Source of the DNA: the human T2T-CHM13v2.0 reference genome, Homo sapiens
Assembly (NCBI RefSeq): GCF_009914755.1
Contig: NC_060926.1
Length of the DNA: 64,000 nt
Strand: one strand, 5' to 3'
In this document: in pieces, positions 30,723 through 51,578 of the stretch
How the letters are laid out: each line of letters starts with the position of its first letter
Numbering within the stretch: position 1 is the stretch's first letter
Made by a program: the position numbers and the translations under genes
The notes under the pieces: model-generated
What the model was told of the DNA's origin: nothing
The model's input: only the letters and a program-made list of their open reading frames with translations
Database searches by the model: none

Positions 30723-32256
30723 TCATTATTTGCCTGGAAGCCATACAAAAACAGGTGGTGGACTGGATCTGTCCCACAGGCCATAGTTTGCCAGTGCTGA
30801 AGTAATGGATCATTGTGATGTTCTCTGGGATATCCAGATGTCCCTGATATATTCAGAATATATTATGACAGAGATCAGGAGAACTACCATGGTCCTGTGA
30901 GTGTGACCGACTTGTGAGTGTATATCATTGTCTGTTCCATGTAAATGTGAACTTCCTGATTATTTTTCCTGATTGAGGTAGAAAAGCATGCATTTGGCCC
31001 AATCAGTAGCCACACATACTGTGCCTGAGGCTGTACAAATTTGCTCTAGTGAAGCTTACCACACTTGCATAGATGCTGTGTTCAGGAGTGCTACCTGTGG
31101 AGCTTCTGGTAGTTGACAGTCACTTTCTAGGATCCAGTTTCTGCAGGTGCCAGACCCATGAATTAAAAGGAGATTCAATAGGGATCACCATTCCTGCATC
31201 GTTGAGATACTTCAGGGTGGCACTAATCCCCACCAACACCCCTGGGTGGCAATATTGTTTTTTGTGTACTGAGGTGCAGTTTCAGAGATGTCCTTTTGGC
31301 CTTCCCCACTATGGTAGCTCTATTTATAGGCCAAGGAGTGGAGTTTTTCAAACTTCTAAGTATGTAGGTCCCAATTATACTTTTGGCCATTAGAGACATG
31401 ATTGCTGGCTGAGTCCACAGACCTGGCAGACCCTCTGTAAGTAGGACTTTGCCTCCCCTGTGTCCTCACTCTAAGTGGGTGGGAGCATGCTTTGGGTCTC
31501 TGGGTGTCAATGGTAACTCAGACCCTGTTCTAATCCTAAACATTTCTGGGTATCCTCTTTCCTTATTGTGCAGCCCTCCTGAGTAGATGACCCTAGGCCC
31601 CTTTGGGGAAGAACTGGGGGAATCATTACAGTATATATTTGCCGTTGTGTTCCAGATCCTTCCTTGTGGGGACCCTGCTGCCTCTTCAGTCAATAGATTC
31701 TGGCTCTGAACACTGGCTTAGGTTCAGGAATTGGGCAAGGGAGCATGAATCTTTACCAGCGTGCACCCTTAGCCTATTTATCCTTTGCTGCTTTCTTTGG
31801 TGAGCACCTATGAGTTGTATTCTTGTTGGCTGCTCTTTCGTTTTGCACCAAATGATGCCATATTTTGTAAGCCATCTTTAAAACTCTCTGTGGATCAAGC
31901 CCTTGTCTGCTACTCTGACCTTGGCAGTTGTGCTGGGGATTCTATGATAAACAAGGCAAATATAATCTCTGTTCTCAGGAAGCTTATATTCTAATGAGGG
32001 AGATGGGAAAAAATAAAGTGCAACTAAACAAGTAAACAAATAACATAATTATACATTTTGAAAAGAATCCTAACGGAAACAAGCAATGAGCAAATATGAA
32101 GAATAATAGATGTGGCACCTGAAGGTAGGTGGTCAGTGAGGGTGAGAAAGAGCTGTCAATGTAAAGAGTTGTACTGGGCATTCAATTATATTAAGGAACT
32201 TTTTGGCTATGATAATGGTATGGTGGTCTTGTTTTTTTTTTTTAAAGGCTATATCT

Positions 32257-32560
<304 letters not shown>

Positions 32561-33008
32561 TCTATTCTTTATTAGTGGTTGGGGCCGCGCATTGTGCGTA
32601 AGTGAGCTGGGACCATTCTGTACCATTTCAATGTGCTCTCAAAACAAATGCATGCAGCTGAGTCTGTGCGAGCCTGGAAGCTCCCTGAATTAACTTCTCT
32701 GTTAATTAAAGGAAAAGAGATTAAAATATGTTATATTGAAGCTTACATATATATTATTAATAGCCAACAGTAATTGCAGCAATGGATCAGAACTTAGATT
32801 GACAAGAGCTTTTTCAGAAAGGAATATTTTACTACTGACATTGTTTCGAATTGCTGGCACATGTGATAATAAAAAGCAGTTGTATTGTTTTTACTTTACC
32901 TATAGGCAGTGCACCCACCCCTCGGTTGCCTGTGATACCCACTGCTGTTGCTGCCTGGGCCTTCTTATGTCATGAGGTGTAATGTTAAGGTGAAAGTTAA
33001 CAGAATCA

Positions 33009-33326
<318 letters not shown>

Positions 33327-33414
33327 GAATAGGAATAATGTGCTAATGGCCCTGATACTCCCAATCTCTGGTGTCTTAGTTTAGGTTTGACATTTCTGGG
33401 AGATGTCACTTTCC

Positions 33415-33739
<325 letters not shown>

Positions 33740-34036
33740 TAAAGATGCGAGATGGAACACATACATCTACCTTAGATCTCTATCATTTTAACTCCATTAA
33801 AATGATATTTAAGGGGATTAAGTAAAAAAGACGCAAATCCACAAAGTCAAGATCAGGAGGACTCAACAGCAATGAAATTGTGGATGCTGGGAAGCACAAG
33901 ATAGATGGTAAATGGGTGAGCAGATTCAAGAAGATGGAAAAATAAGCTGATAGTGAAGAAAGCTGAGAACCCCCTTGATTTACTCTGCACTAAATCCCCA
34001 AAGACTAGGAGACTGATGGCATATCATATTCATCCG

Positions 34037-34737
34037 TGAGGATTTAAAAAATCCTATGGCCCTTCCAATGGAGTGACAGGACCTCTGTGGCCGAGAGACC
34101 TCAAAGTTCTTAGCCCTTAGCTGTGACAGGAGACTGGACATGTCCACTTCCTGCTACCCCCGTCCCTTTACTAATTATTATGAGGTCTTATCAAAGGCTG
34201 ACCTGAAGATGACAAAAGGCCAGAAGACTCCTTGGCTTACTTCGTCCGACCACCCGGCACCCTCCTCCTCATGTTTATGGTTCCAACCTGACAACAACCC
34301 TGGACCACAGAGACCTCTTCCTGGACGACTGCCAACTTCAGGCCAGTTTGGACCGGTTCCCTGAGACTGCACAGATCCTGGACTTGTGCCCTAAGCATCA
34401 CCTTTTTGCATTTATGACCCAATTGTAGTACATTTAAATGTTAAATCTCCACCCCAAAGTGAACATGAGTAGCATATTGTTGTATGTTCCGTGCACATGT
34501 AAGCCTAATGCACGTGCGTAATGAGTTTTCTCCGTAAATATTCACAACCTTCTCCTATATCCTGTAGAATATGCGTTTCCTACCTCCTCACCTAGCAGAA
34601 ATATCTGCCTTATTTTCTCCCCTTCAAAGCCTGCTTCTCAGTCTCAGTTGAAAGCTTGCTTCCTGCCTGCAGGTTGTGTCCTTTAGAAATAAAGTTCTCT
34701 TTTGATTTTGTGGATTCTGACTCTTTTTCAGTTGACA
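34037..34737 (+). mobile_element. Probable solo ERV1 (MER4-group-like) LTR
   Basis: TG...CA ends, the motif aaatgttaaatctccaccccaaagtgaacatg, and AATAAA near the 3' end. Subfamily not determined. Confidence 0.55.
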
Positions 34738-34932
34738 TCTAGAAGTGGAGGTGACAAAGGGAACCAAAATAAGGACAACCGATTGGAAAATTAATAGGTA
34801 GATGCCTAGAACCTTTCTCTCTCTTTGCACAGAAGATTGGAGGTTTGGAGAAAGTCAAGCGGAGGATCTAGGGCTTGGGGGATGCTAGACAGAGGCGAGG
34901 CAAGGATACTTCATGGAAAATAAGGGGATTCA

Positions 34933-35424
<492 letters not shown>

Positions 35425-35517
35425 TCACAAAGCAGCCCGATTAAATCAGCCCACGCTGACATGCACAGTTGTTAAGCCACACCCTTGTACTCACAGCTCC
35501 CGTCAGCTTTAAAAAAA

Positions 35518-35831
35518 ATTTATTTTTATTATTTATTTATTTATTTTTTAAGCAACAGAGTCTCACTCCATTGCCCAGGCTGGAGTGCAGTGGTTTGATC
35601 ATAGCTTAGTATAACCTTGAATCCTGGGCTCAAGCAGTCCTCCTGCCTCAGCCTCCTGAGTGTCTGGCACTACAGGTGCAGGCCACCATGCCCGGCTAAT
35701 TTTTTTTTTTTTTTTAGAGATGGGGTCCTGCTATGTTGCCCAGGCTAGTCTTAAACTCCTGGGTCAAGTGGTCCTCCTGCCCTGGCCTCCCATAGTGCTG
35801 GGATTATAGGCATGAGCCACTGTGCCCAGCC
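35518..35831 (-). mobile_element. Alu (AluJ-like)
   Basis: Antisense Alu consensus. Confidence 0.9.
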
Positions 35832-36449
35832 CCATCAGCTTGTTTTTAATGTTTAAATTTTTATTTGTCACACTATTAAAATTTATTTTTTCTGCTTTAT
35901 CCTGACACCATATTACAAGCTTCCAAATGGCTAGGGACTTAGATTGAAATGATACTAATTTGTCCTTATTTTCTCTAAATTCTTGGATTCTGTATAATCA
36001 GGTGTGTTTATGTACACATAACCAAAACAAACCATCCTTTATGTAGTTTTTTTTTAAAGGCAGCTGTTTCTTTAACAACAACTAGGTAGCTACTGTGAAG
36101 ATGGTGACATGTAAAATTGGTAGTATTAGTATCCTTTTCCCAAGTTGTCATGGAAGTTACCATTATACTTATAGCTTTAGGTCTTTGGTACATCTCAGAC
36201 AAGATAGGCAAGAATTTGGAGAACATTTTGAAAATAAGAGCAATAGACACATTCAGCAACAACTAGAATAATGGAACTCAAAGTTCTAAAATTACATGAT
36301 ATAAGTGAAAACAGCTTTAAAAGCTACCTCATAAGAGTTGTTTTATCATTAGCTTGATTTTTTCCACGTAAAACAGTGTTTATTTATTTTTAACCCATGT
36401 TTTAATTTTTTCATAGGCTTTTTAGTTCTTGTCATGAGTCAGTAACTGA

Positions 36450-37610
<1,161 letters not shown>

Positions 37611-37829
37611 GTTCCAATTTTTTTAAATCCTGAGAATTGGTCAGGAAGTAGAGTATTCAAGATGGCAGCTCCCATTTAGACCACAAACATGGGGCGGTGG
37701 TGAGGAAACAGCTTCCCAAAAGAGGACTCAGCCCCCAGGAGGGAGGGAGCTCAAATCTGAATAGACAGAAGTCTGAAACAGTTGCTTTGGAGAACATACT
37801 AGTTCTACACTGCTGAACAACAGAAATAC

Positions 37830-38121
37830 AGTATCAGCCACATATGTCATTTCAAGTTTTCTAGTAGCCACATTGAAAGTGGTAAAAACAGAACAGGTGA
37901 AATTAATAATTTATTTAACCCAATATATAAAAGTATTATTTTAATATGCAATCAGTGTAAATCATACTGATGAGATATATTGCAAATATTTTTTGTTCAA
38001 AGTCTTCAAAATCCATCTAGAGTGTATTTTACACTCATAGCGCATTTGAATTTGCACCAGGCACATTTCAAGTGCTTTATAGCCACATGTGGTTATTGGC
38101 TACCATATTGGACAGTACAGT
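37830..38121. mobile_element. MER33-like hAT-Charlie DNA transposon
   Basis: Motifs ttttctagtagccacatt and cacatttcaagtgct...ggctaccatattggacag. Confidence 0.7.
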
Positions 38122-38182
38122 GCTAAGCAGTAAAAAATGATGCATAAAAGACAATGATGAGATTTTAGTTAATAAGAATTTA

Positions 38183-38503
<321 letters not shown>

Positions 38504-38858
38504 TTAAATAGAGTTGGTCATTAATTGGTGGTCAAAGTAGAAAGTCAAGGGAATTTTTTGAGTGGTGATGGGAACATGATAAGCCTGGCAATAGCTGAAG
38601 ACCTGAGTAAAATGGAACAATTAGTTTACTTGGTAAGAAAAGAAAGAGCATGTTCAATAAGAATAGGGAAGCCAATGAAATGACAAGAAAAAAACAAGGG
38701 GTTTTGGTTAGATTGGGAGTGGAGGATGGTAACTCAATTCTGTATCTCCAAAATAGTGTTACACTAGGTAGGATTGTCCTGGACTTTGAACAAAGGGAGT
38801 AGAGATGGAAGTCAGAGTTAGAAAAAGTCAAGAAAGAATGAGATAAAGAGATCTGCTA

Positions 38859-38995
<137 letters not shown>

Positions 38996-39301
38996 CCTGC
39001 TGTGTCATGTTGAGGTTTCATTTTTCCTAAGGCAGTACTGGTAGCCCTTATGGCCACTGTGTGCCAGAGGAGAGAGCAGGGTCTTGATGATGTAAGAGGC
39101 GTGGGGGTTGGTGAGGTCACTCCCCCATGCCTCCCCTGAAGAAGTCTATAATCTGGAACTTTATCTCACCACCGCCCCTTTAGTCTCATTTTCTGATTCA
39201 CACACACAGACAAGCACACACACATGCACTATTTAGAAAATTCATGCAATACAAAAATGTAGAAAATAGAACTTCTCAGTAATTTAATTCCTGTTCTTTA
39301 A

Positions 39302-39675
<374 letters not shown>

Positions 39676-40529
39676 AAGCCTGTTTTAAAAAGAAAATGTG
39701 TATTATAGTCTACATATTTTTCTAAAACTGGCTCCCTTTACTTAACTGCTGTGGACATCTTTCCCTGCTGTTAGGTATTACATCATTCTTTTTGTAGGCT
39801 ACAAAGTATTTCTGAAATATTGTTTTCTCTTAATTAGTCAGCTACTAATATGTATGTAGAATGTTTCCATGGTCTTACGAGTATTGTCAGTGCTACAATC
39901 ATCTTTCTCGTGCATATTTATTTATGTACTTGTAAAGGCTTTCTGTAAAAAATTCCTAAAGAAAGGATTGTTGGGTCAGAGGGAAGGCACATTTAAGCTT
40001 TTGACAAATCTTGCCGAATTGCCTTTTAGACACGTTGTTATACTTTACATTCCCACCCATGGAATGTGGAAAGCTGGGCTCCCACCTGATACTGTCAACC
40101 CTTAAAATCTTTTTTAGTCTCATAATAGAGTAATGACACCTCACAGGGTTTTGGTTTCTCTGATTATATGTGAAGCTGACCATATTTTCAAATGCCTATT
40201 TGCCATTTGTATTTCTTTGGGAAACTGCCTGTTCATATCCTCTGCCAGTTTTTCTCTTTGGTATTTTGTCTTTTGTTTATTGATTTGAAGGAGCCCTTCC
40301 TATTTTATGGATAGTAAAATTTTGTCAAATATCTTTTATCAGTTTATCCCTTGACTTTCAAGGATAAAATTTCTAAATTTTAGAAAGTAAAATCTTTTAA
40401 TCTTTTTATTTTCTGACTTTGGTCTTATTCAAAGATGGGTTTTCTATGCTAAGATTATATAGATATTCTCCTGTATTTACTTCTAGTGTTTTTATGATTG
40501 CAGTTTTTTTAATATTTAAGTTTTTTAAA

Positions 40530-40708
40530 TGATAGAGATAGTGTCTCTCTATGTTGCCCAGGCTGGTCTCAAACTCCTGATTTAAAGCAGTCCTTCTGCC
40601 TTGGCCTCCCAAAGCGCTGGGATTAACAGGTGTGAGCCACTGCACCTGGCCAATATTTAAATTTTAATCCATATGGAATATATATTTATATATGAAGTAC
40701 AATGGAAC

Positions 40709-40754
<46 letters not shown>

Positions 40755-40885
40755 GTTTTACATAAATAGAGATGGGGGTCTTGCTATTTTGGCCATGCTG
40801 ATCTTGAACTCCTGGCCTTAAGCAATCCTCCTGTCTTGGTCTCCCAAACTGTTGGGATTACAGGCATGAGCTACTGTGCCAGGCC
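40530..40885 (-). mobile_element. Two FLAM / Alu-left-arm fragments with a (TTA)n microsatellite
   Basis: Fragments at ~40530-40651 and ~40760-40885, (TTA)n at ~40710-40754. Confidence 0.82.
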
Positions 40886-40902
40886 AAAACCTTTAAATAT
40901 AG

Positions 40903-41043
<141 letters not shown>

Positions 41044-42259
41044 TGAACTGGTTGGCAGATGGGCTCTGGAAGACCAGTGAGCTGGGTGTGACATCATGGT
41101 TTTCACATTTAGACTGGAAGAAATCATGTGGTCCATGTTGCTGTCTCTAGGCAGAACTGAATAGAATCTTTCCCATTTGAGAGCTCTCTAGGAGTGAGCT
41201 TTCAGATGACAGTTTCTTATATTTACGCTGTCTCTTCTCTGCTCATGCACTTTTAATGGTATTCACTCTTCATAGGATAAAGTCCAGATGTTTTAGCTTG
41301 GGCGCTCAAGGCCTTTGGTAGTCTGTTCCCATCTTCACTTTCCAAACATATCTCCTGTTTGTTACCTAATTTGGGCCTTCCACTTTGGTGAGGCGGATCC
41401 ACTCACTCCCCTCCAGTGGGGTTTTGTTCATTTCTGCTCTGTGCCTTTGATCATCTGGAATGCCAGGCCCCCTCTATTCTCCTCTTCTTCTCTCCTCTCA
41501 TCTGGCCACTTTCCCATTTTCAACAACCATCTCAAGACCCAAATCCTCCTCGGATTCTTCCTCAGCCCAGCCTGAGCTCCCTTTCTCCACACATTGAATA
41601 CTTCCTGTCTGTGCTATTCTTTTCATTTTAGATAGCTTTCTGCTGCATATGACTTTTCAGATGTGTGTGCCTGCAGTGCCCCAGTGAAACTGTATGTACT
41701 GTGAGAATGAGAGCCTCTTTTTGTAGCCGTGGGGTAGTGCGTAGCTTGTACTCAGTAGACACAAAAAAGAAAATCATTGATTACCCTCCATGGCGATGAA
41801 ACAGCCCCTGGGATGCTGAGGGATAAACAGCAGCTCAAAACAGCAGACCAGAACTGGCAAAATGCTGCATTTAATCAATGTTAAGTGAAAGGCAAAAATG
41901 GTGATACCGTGTGAACTCAGATATGGAGAGGAACTCACCAAGCTGGCCTGGTCAGGGAAAGTTCGATGGAGAAAGTGGGATTTGAGTTGTCTTAGAAATA
42001 TAGGTGGGAATTTTAAGAGCAGAGGAGAGATCATTTCTGGTGAGAAAAAATATTCACGTTGCCGAATATGATTATAGAGCATAGAGGTATAGAGAGATCA
42101 CTGAATATCTCACACTGTGTTAGGGATAAGATATTTTACTGTGGAAAGGATACTGGACTGATGTGGGTTTTTGTTCCTGATCTCTTACCTACTGCAGAGT
42201 AGATGATTCATGTCACTTTTTTGTACTTCGTTCTCTTCATTTAAAAGTCAGTGAGCTCA

Positions 42260-42654
<395 letters not shown>

Positions 42655-42860
42655 TTAGGTATAAAACCAAAGAGATAATATTGTTTTCATTAGCAGGTTT
42701 TGAAGGTTCCTTTCACTTAGGAATTAAGTAGTGAAGAGCCTTGGCATCAAGGAGAAATGTACACAAAAATGCTCCCTTCCTCAAGATTAAGGCATTGATT
42801 ATTAGTTCTGACCTAAGATCTGGGCAGGCTGGTCCCCACCCTTGACCCTGCAGTTTTTCA

Positions 42861-43047
42861 TTTTTTTTCTTTTTTGAGACGGAGTCTTGCTCTGTCACCA
42901 GGCTGGAGTGCAGTGGTGCAATATTTTTAGTAGAGACAGGGTTTTCCCCATGTTGGCCAGGATGGTCTTGATCTCTTGACCCAGTGATCTGCCTGCCTCA
43001 GCCTCCCAAAGTTCTGGGATTACAAGCGTGAGCCACCGTGCCCGGCC
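42861..43047 (-). mobile_element. Alu with an internal deletion of ~110 bp
   Basis: Junction gcagtggtgcaa|tatttttagtagag at ~42922. Confidence 0.85.
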
Positions 43048-43392
43048 TTACCATGTTTTTAGTGGTCATTATTTTTGTGTCCTGTTTAACCTTTGTCTAC
43101 TTCATATTTATGAAGATAGTCTTCTATCGTTTCTTCTAGAAGCTTTATAATTCTATCATTTACATTTTGGCCTATGACCTATCTGGAATTGATTTCTGTC
43201 TGTCGTGTAAGGGTAGGGTTCCAGGTTCATTGTTTTCTATGTAGATTTTTAGTTGACCCAGCACCGTTTACTGAAAAGATCATCCTTTCCCCACTGCATT
43301 GTTGTGCACCTTTGTTGTGAATCAGGTGACCATGTATGTGTGAGTTCGTTTCTACATTCTCCATTCTCTTTTTTGGTATCTATATGTCTGTC

Positions 43393-43815
43393 TGTATTAG
43401 TTCATTCTCACATTGCTATAAAGAAATACTTGAGACTGGATAATTTATAAGGAGGTTTAATTGGCTCATGGTTCTGCAGGCTGTACAAGAAGCATAGTGA
43501 CTTCTGCTTCTGAGGAGGCCTCAGGAAGCTTCTAATCATGGCAGAAGGCAAAGGGGAAGCAGGCATCTCACATGGCAGGAGCAGGAGTGAGAGAGAGAGT
43601 GCAAGGAGGTGCCACACACTTTACAACAGCCAGATCTCACGAGAACTCACTCACTATCATGAGAACACCACCAAGAGGATGGTGCTAAACTATGAGGAAT
43701 CCACCCCCATGATCCAATCATTTCCCACCAGGCTCCACCTCCAACTCTGGGGATTAAAATTCAACATAAGATTTGGGCAGGGACAAAAGATCGAAACTAT
43801 ATCCAAACTATATCA
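43393..43815 (-). mobile_element. MST-type MaLR solo LTR inserted in an old L1
   Basis: tgtattagttcattctcacattgctataaagaaatac...aatcatggcagaaggcaaagggg...caaactatatca. Confidence 0.85.
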
Positions 43816-43935
43816 CCAGCTCTGTGCCAATTCCACTCAGTTTTAATTACTGTAGCTTTATGACAGTTCTTGATGTCTGGTAAGGTAAGTTCTCTAACTG
43901 TGTTCTTCCGGATTGTCTTGGCTACTTGGCTATTC

Positions 43936-44252
<317 letters not shown>

Positions 44253-45092
44253 TGACATATACATTTTAGAATCAGCTTGTCAATTTCTACCTAAAAACCT
44301 GCTGGAATTTCAATTGATTGAATAGAATTTATAATCCATGGGAGGTATTCTTTAATTTGGCTAAGCAATGTTTTGTACTTTTTGTTCAGGTTATAATGGT
44401 TCGTGGTGGTATATAAATGTACAGTTGATTTTAATACATTGACTTGGTATCTGGTGACCTTGCCAAATTCACTTGTTAATTCTAATAGTTACCTGTGGCT
44501 TCTTTTGAATATTTTTTTACATCTATAATCATATCATCTGAAAATAATGAGTTTTATTTCTTCCTGTCTAATTTTATATCTTCTATTTTTTTCTTCCCTT
44601 ATTGCATTAGTTGGATGCTCCAGCTCATTTAATGAGCTCCAGCTCATTAAAAAATTGGTGACGATGGGGGTCCAGGTTCTGCTCTGGATTTCCTGCGGAT
44701 ACATCCCCTCAAGTAGACTTGTCCCATGTCCCTTCAAACCCCCATTGTCCCCTCTAGATTACTGAGTCCGATGGGAGCCAAAATTCCCCGTCCAAATGAC
44801 TTTGAGCCCACCTTCAACCTATATGTGCCTCTTCCCGGAGTCTGTCCTGCTCAGGGCAGATGAGGCCAATGTTATGCAACCCCTGGGGCTAACAGATGGC
44901 CACAGGGTATAGATGGAGCTTGGATGTGCAGTTGGGGAAATCCGCATGCCTGCAGGACAGAGCTGGGGGTGGGCTGGGAGCTGTGGCCAGAGGCAGGCTC
45001 TTCCTTAGCCACCCAGTTATCAGTAGAACTCTGAGGTGTGTCTGAATTCAAACTAGGACTTTTAAATTGTCATAAAGGTATTGTGATAGGAG

Positions 45093-45830
<738 letters not shown>

Positions 45831-46559
45831 TAATTTAAAAATATTTAGACATATGGTATGTGGACCTCCATTTAAATGCTTTCCCTGGATCTCATAAAGG
45901 TGAGGGGCATTTTGGTCTGTTGGTGGCTGACATTTGGATTTTTAATTTTACTTTGAGTCTTAAATACTTGATTCAGAAATTTCTGGAACTCCAGTAATTG
46001 GTTAGCACATGGTACTTATACAGAACTCTCTGATGTTCACATTGAGTAGAAACTAGAAAATAACCCCAAACTGCAGGAAAGCCATTACTTCCTTATGCAC
46101 GTAAAACCATTTTGTACAAGTGATAAAACTGCAGGCATTAACAAAAAATCTAGAGTGCCCTGGATATCTGGGTTAAAGCTCTGTTCTGTATTCAATGAAA
46201 CTACATTTCAAATTTTTCATATAATAGTGAGATCAAGTGAAGTCTCTGGTCATTTCTGTGACTCCTTGGTGTAGAAGTTTTATAGGTTCCTAGTTTAAAA
46301 ATTATTTGAGAGTTGGAGAGTTCATAAGTTCCAAAAAGACTTGAAAAAACTTAGGCATAACCTAAGGATACTCGAACTTTTTGTTGAGAGGATTTATCAT
46401 CTTGAATAACATCACAACAAGGCTAGGAGTGAAGATACTGGAGATGGAATTTACGAAGAGGGATTTAGAAGGATGGCACCAATTACAAAATCCCTGAGCC
46501 CATTAAGGAGACAGCAGTGCAGCCAGCTACAATCTTTTCCTGCCTTAGAATCCATGTAA

Positions 46560-46970
46560 TGAAAGACTCCACATATCATTAGCTGCAGCAGGACAGAAGC
46601 TTGTTTCTCTGTCTCAACAGTTCCGAGTATAAGTAGTCCAGGGCTCACATGGATGGGGTCTGCTTGATGATGGGACCTCAGCTCCCTCTGCCATTGCTTG
46701 AGTTGCCTTTATCTGCTCATCACCTTTTACTTGAGCCCCACATGCCAGCCTGGGAGAAGGGGCAGAAGTGGGGCAGCAGAGGGTACACCTTTTCCCCTTA
46801 AAGTCACAATTCAGAAGTGGCACACATTACTTCTCCTGTGTCACTGATCAGATAGTATTCTAGGTGCAAGGGAGGCTGGGAAAGGTACCTATTTTGGGAA
46901 GCCACATCCCAGCAAAAATTTGAGTGTTCTGTTACTAAAAGGAGAGGGAGAAATGGACATGGGAGCACAG
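46560..46970. mobile_element. MLT1-type MaLR LTR fragment
   Basis: Motifs agaagtggcacacattacttc and tgcaagggaggctgggaaa. Confidence 0.55.
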
Positions 46971-47042
46971 CTGTCATTACCTGCCTCACTGTCATTATCT
47001 GCCTCACTGTCATTATCTGCCTCACTGTCATTACCTGCCTCA
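46971..47042 (+). repeat. Minisatellite, 4 x 18 bp CTGTCATTA(C/T)CTGCCTCA
   Basis: Read directly; the variant base runs C,T,T,C. Confidence 0.95.
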
Positions 47043-47334
47043 CCTCCCCAACTGAGGTTCTTCGAAAGGCTCCCGGCAGTGTCAGTCACTTGGAGATCTG
47101 CTGGGGACAAGGCTGAGATGAATGTACAATATCTGCTGGTATAAAAGTTGGCTGGTGCCTTCTCTACAGTGAATAAATAAAGTACATTGAGAACTGCAGA
47201 GTGCTTTTTTTAAAATTTTTTATTTTGCCCAGGATTGGACAAAAACTTACCACAGTAGGATACTAATGATGCCCTTCTAGCCAAACGCAGTGGCTTTTCT
47301 CCAGGCCTCATCATATTATGACTGGATACTGGAC

Positions 47335-47668
<334 letters not shown>

Positions 47669-47892
47669 AAGAACTGCAGAGTGCTTTTAAATTGTGAGCT
47701 GTAAAATCACATCACAAATGTCCTGATAGAAAAGGGTTGCTACACAGAGGCTACTCTTAAAAATCTTAAGGTAGTTGCTGCTTCCTGCTTGAATGGATAG
47801 AAGCTGCGGACAGTTGTGCAAAAATGTTTCAGACTTTATATATTATTTACAAAGTGTTCTAGCTTTGTAAATTCTTATATCTCTCTTTTTAG

Positions 47893-48006
<114 letters not shown>

Positions 48007-48162
48007 TAAGGACTGTGCTACTCTGCAGCTGGTGGACATGAAGGTAATCTCCATGGGTCCGGCAGTTCTCCCGAATTGTTGGAGGGTGACTTTGTCCACC
48101 TTAGACAATTCCCTTCCTGCCCTTATAACTTCTCCCTCCCTCCCTCCTCTTCTTTCTCTCTC

Positions 48163-48576
<414 letters not shown>

Positions 48577-49213
48577 TAGTCAAGAGACACATGGAAACAC
48601 CCATAATTCGTGGTAAAATAGATAATGTGTAAAGGGTTGTAGTAACACACACAAGGAGGCCTTTAATTCTATCTGCAGAGATTACAGAAAACTTCCCAGG
48701 CAAGGTGACGTTGAGCTGGGCTGTGAGGGATGAATAGGAATTTGAGGAATTGAAGAGTAGGCATTTTAGGCAGAGGGAACACTTGAGCAGAGGTGTGAGA
48801 TCACATGATGTGCTTGGGAATGGCATGATAGCGAAGGATGTATGCGGGTAATGGAAGAAAAGAGAAGAGGCTAAGAAGGTCAACTGGGCAGTCCTGGGTT
48901 TCAATTGGTGAGAATGACCAGACCCACGAATACCTCAGTGTTATGTGTAAAGGTGGCAGCATTATTAAAGAATATTGAGGGCTCCATGCATAGAAGGATG
49001 GAGGTTCACAGGGATCACAAGAACCTGCGTCAAGTCCTCAGCTCCAGTCCTCAGGAGGCAGGCTGCCCTGCACGCCCATGTCCCAGGTCTCAGGCTGTCC
49101 AGCAGGGAGGCATAAGCGGCTTAGAAGAATTAAACTTCTTTGGTTTGCACACAGAAGTAGACTGATAGCAGGTCCTCATTTAAGCTTTGGATTGTTCTTC
49201 AATTAATTTCTTA

Positions 49214-49544
<331 letters not shown>

Positions 49545-50299
49545 GGCAACCACTTGACCATTTTGTCTCATCATATACACACAGGGGTCGATTTTAACAA
49601 TATTTTTAGTTGTTCAGCATAAGCAGTTCCCTCTTTAGCAACTTTAGCAGCCCTACCAGTAAACGTGGGTGACTTTTATTCTCGAAACTTCCCACTGCCT
49701 GTATGGGCTGTGCCAGGAATGGAGTCGGCAGATTCCCAGCAGGGTCAGCTTGTGAAAGGCAGGGAAGGTCATGCAAGGAGTTAGGCCTTGTCCTCTAGCC
49801 ACAGAGGAATGCTGAAGGTCCCAGGTGGCAGGTTACAAGGTCAGTGTGCTGCGGAAAGATGACCTGACAGCTCTTTCTCATTTCTTGAAATAAAAAAGTC
49901 AATTAAATTAAAAAAGTGTCCTAGCTTGGAAGGTGGGGTGGGTGGGGGATGGGACAGGAAGAGGGGATTGCAGGATGTTTAAGCTGTGACTTCGGTTCCT
50001 CAGGGGGTTTGTTTGGAGGTGCTCTCATAGGATTAGTCTGTTACAAGGAGCAGAGAGTCTCTGGCAGATATCTTAGCCACTGTTCCCAGAGGGGCCCCAG
50101 CTCAGCTCTCCTGCCTTCCTGCCACCTCGCCCCAGCCTCGGTGTGCTCTATCACGGAGGTTCTTTGGAATTTATGGAAAGGCTGTCCCTATTTTCCATTA
50201 CTCATTGGTGGAGTTTCCATATTTGTACATTCCACTAGTCATTTATTGGTAACTTGGGAGAGGAGTAGCCAGACACTTGAGGTCATGTTGCTAATATAA

Positions 50300-51149
<850 letters not shown>

Positions 51150-51274
51150 TAGAAACCTTTTACTTCATTATTTAGAATGCTGTACAAGTCATGTTATAAA
51201 CTTTTTTCCATGATGGTAAGAAACACATAGCATTAAATTTGCCATCATAACCATTTTAAAGTGTACAGTTCATG

Positions 51275-51578
51275 GGCTGGATGAGGTGGTTCACTCCCAT
51301 AATCCCAGCATTCTGGGAGGCCGAGGCAGGCGGATAACTTGAGGTCAGGAGTTTGAGACCAGCCTGGCCAACATGGTGAAACCCCATCTCTACTAAAAAT
51401 ATAAAAATTAGCCGGGCATGGTGGCACATACCTGTAATCTCAGCTACTCAGGAGGCTGAGGCAGGAGGGTCGCCTTAACATGGGAGACAAAGGTTGCAGT
51501 GAGCCGAGATCGCACCACTGCACTCCAGCCTGGGTGACAGAGGGAGTGAGACTCTGTCTCAAAACAAAAACCAAAAAA
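51275..51578 (+). mobile_element. Alu
   Basis: Alu consensus. Confidence 0.92.

Noticed and set aside
46971-47042. CRISPR-like array
   Set aside because: Contiguous repeats with no spacers, in human DNA.
46804-47144. Repetitive-peptide ORFs on both strands
   Set aside because: Artefacts of the 18-bp minisatellite.
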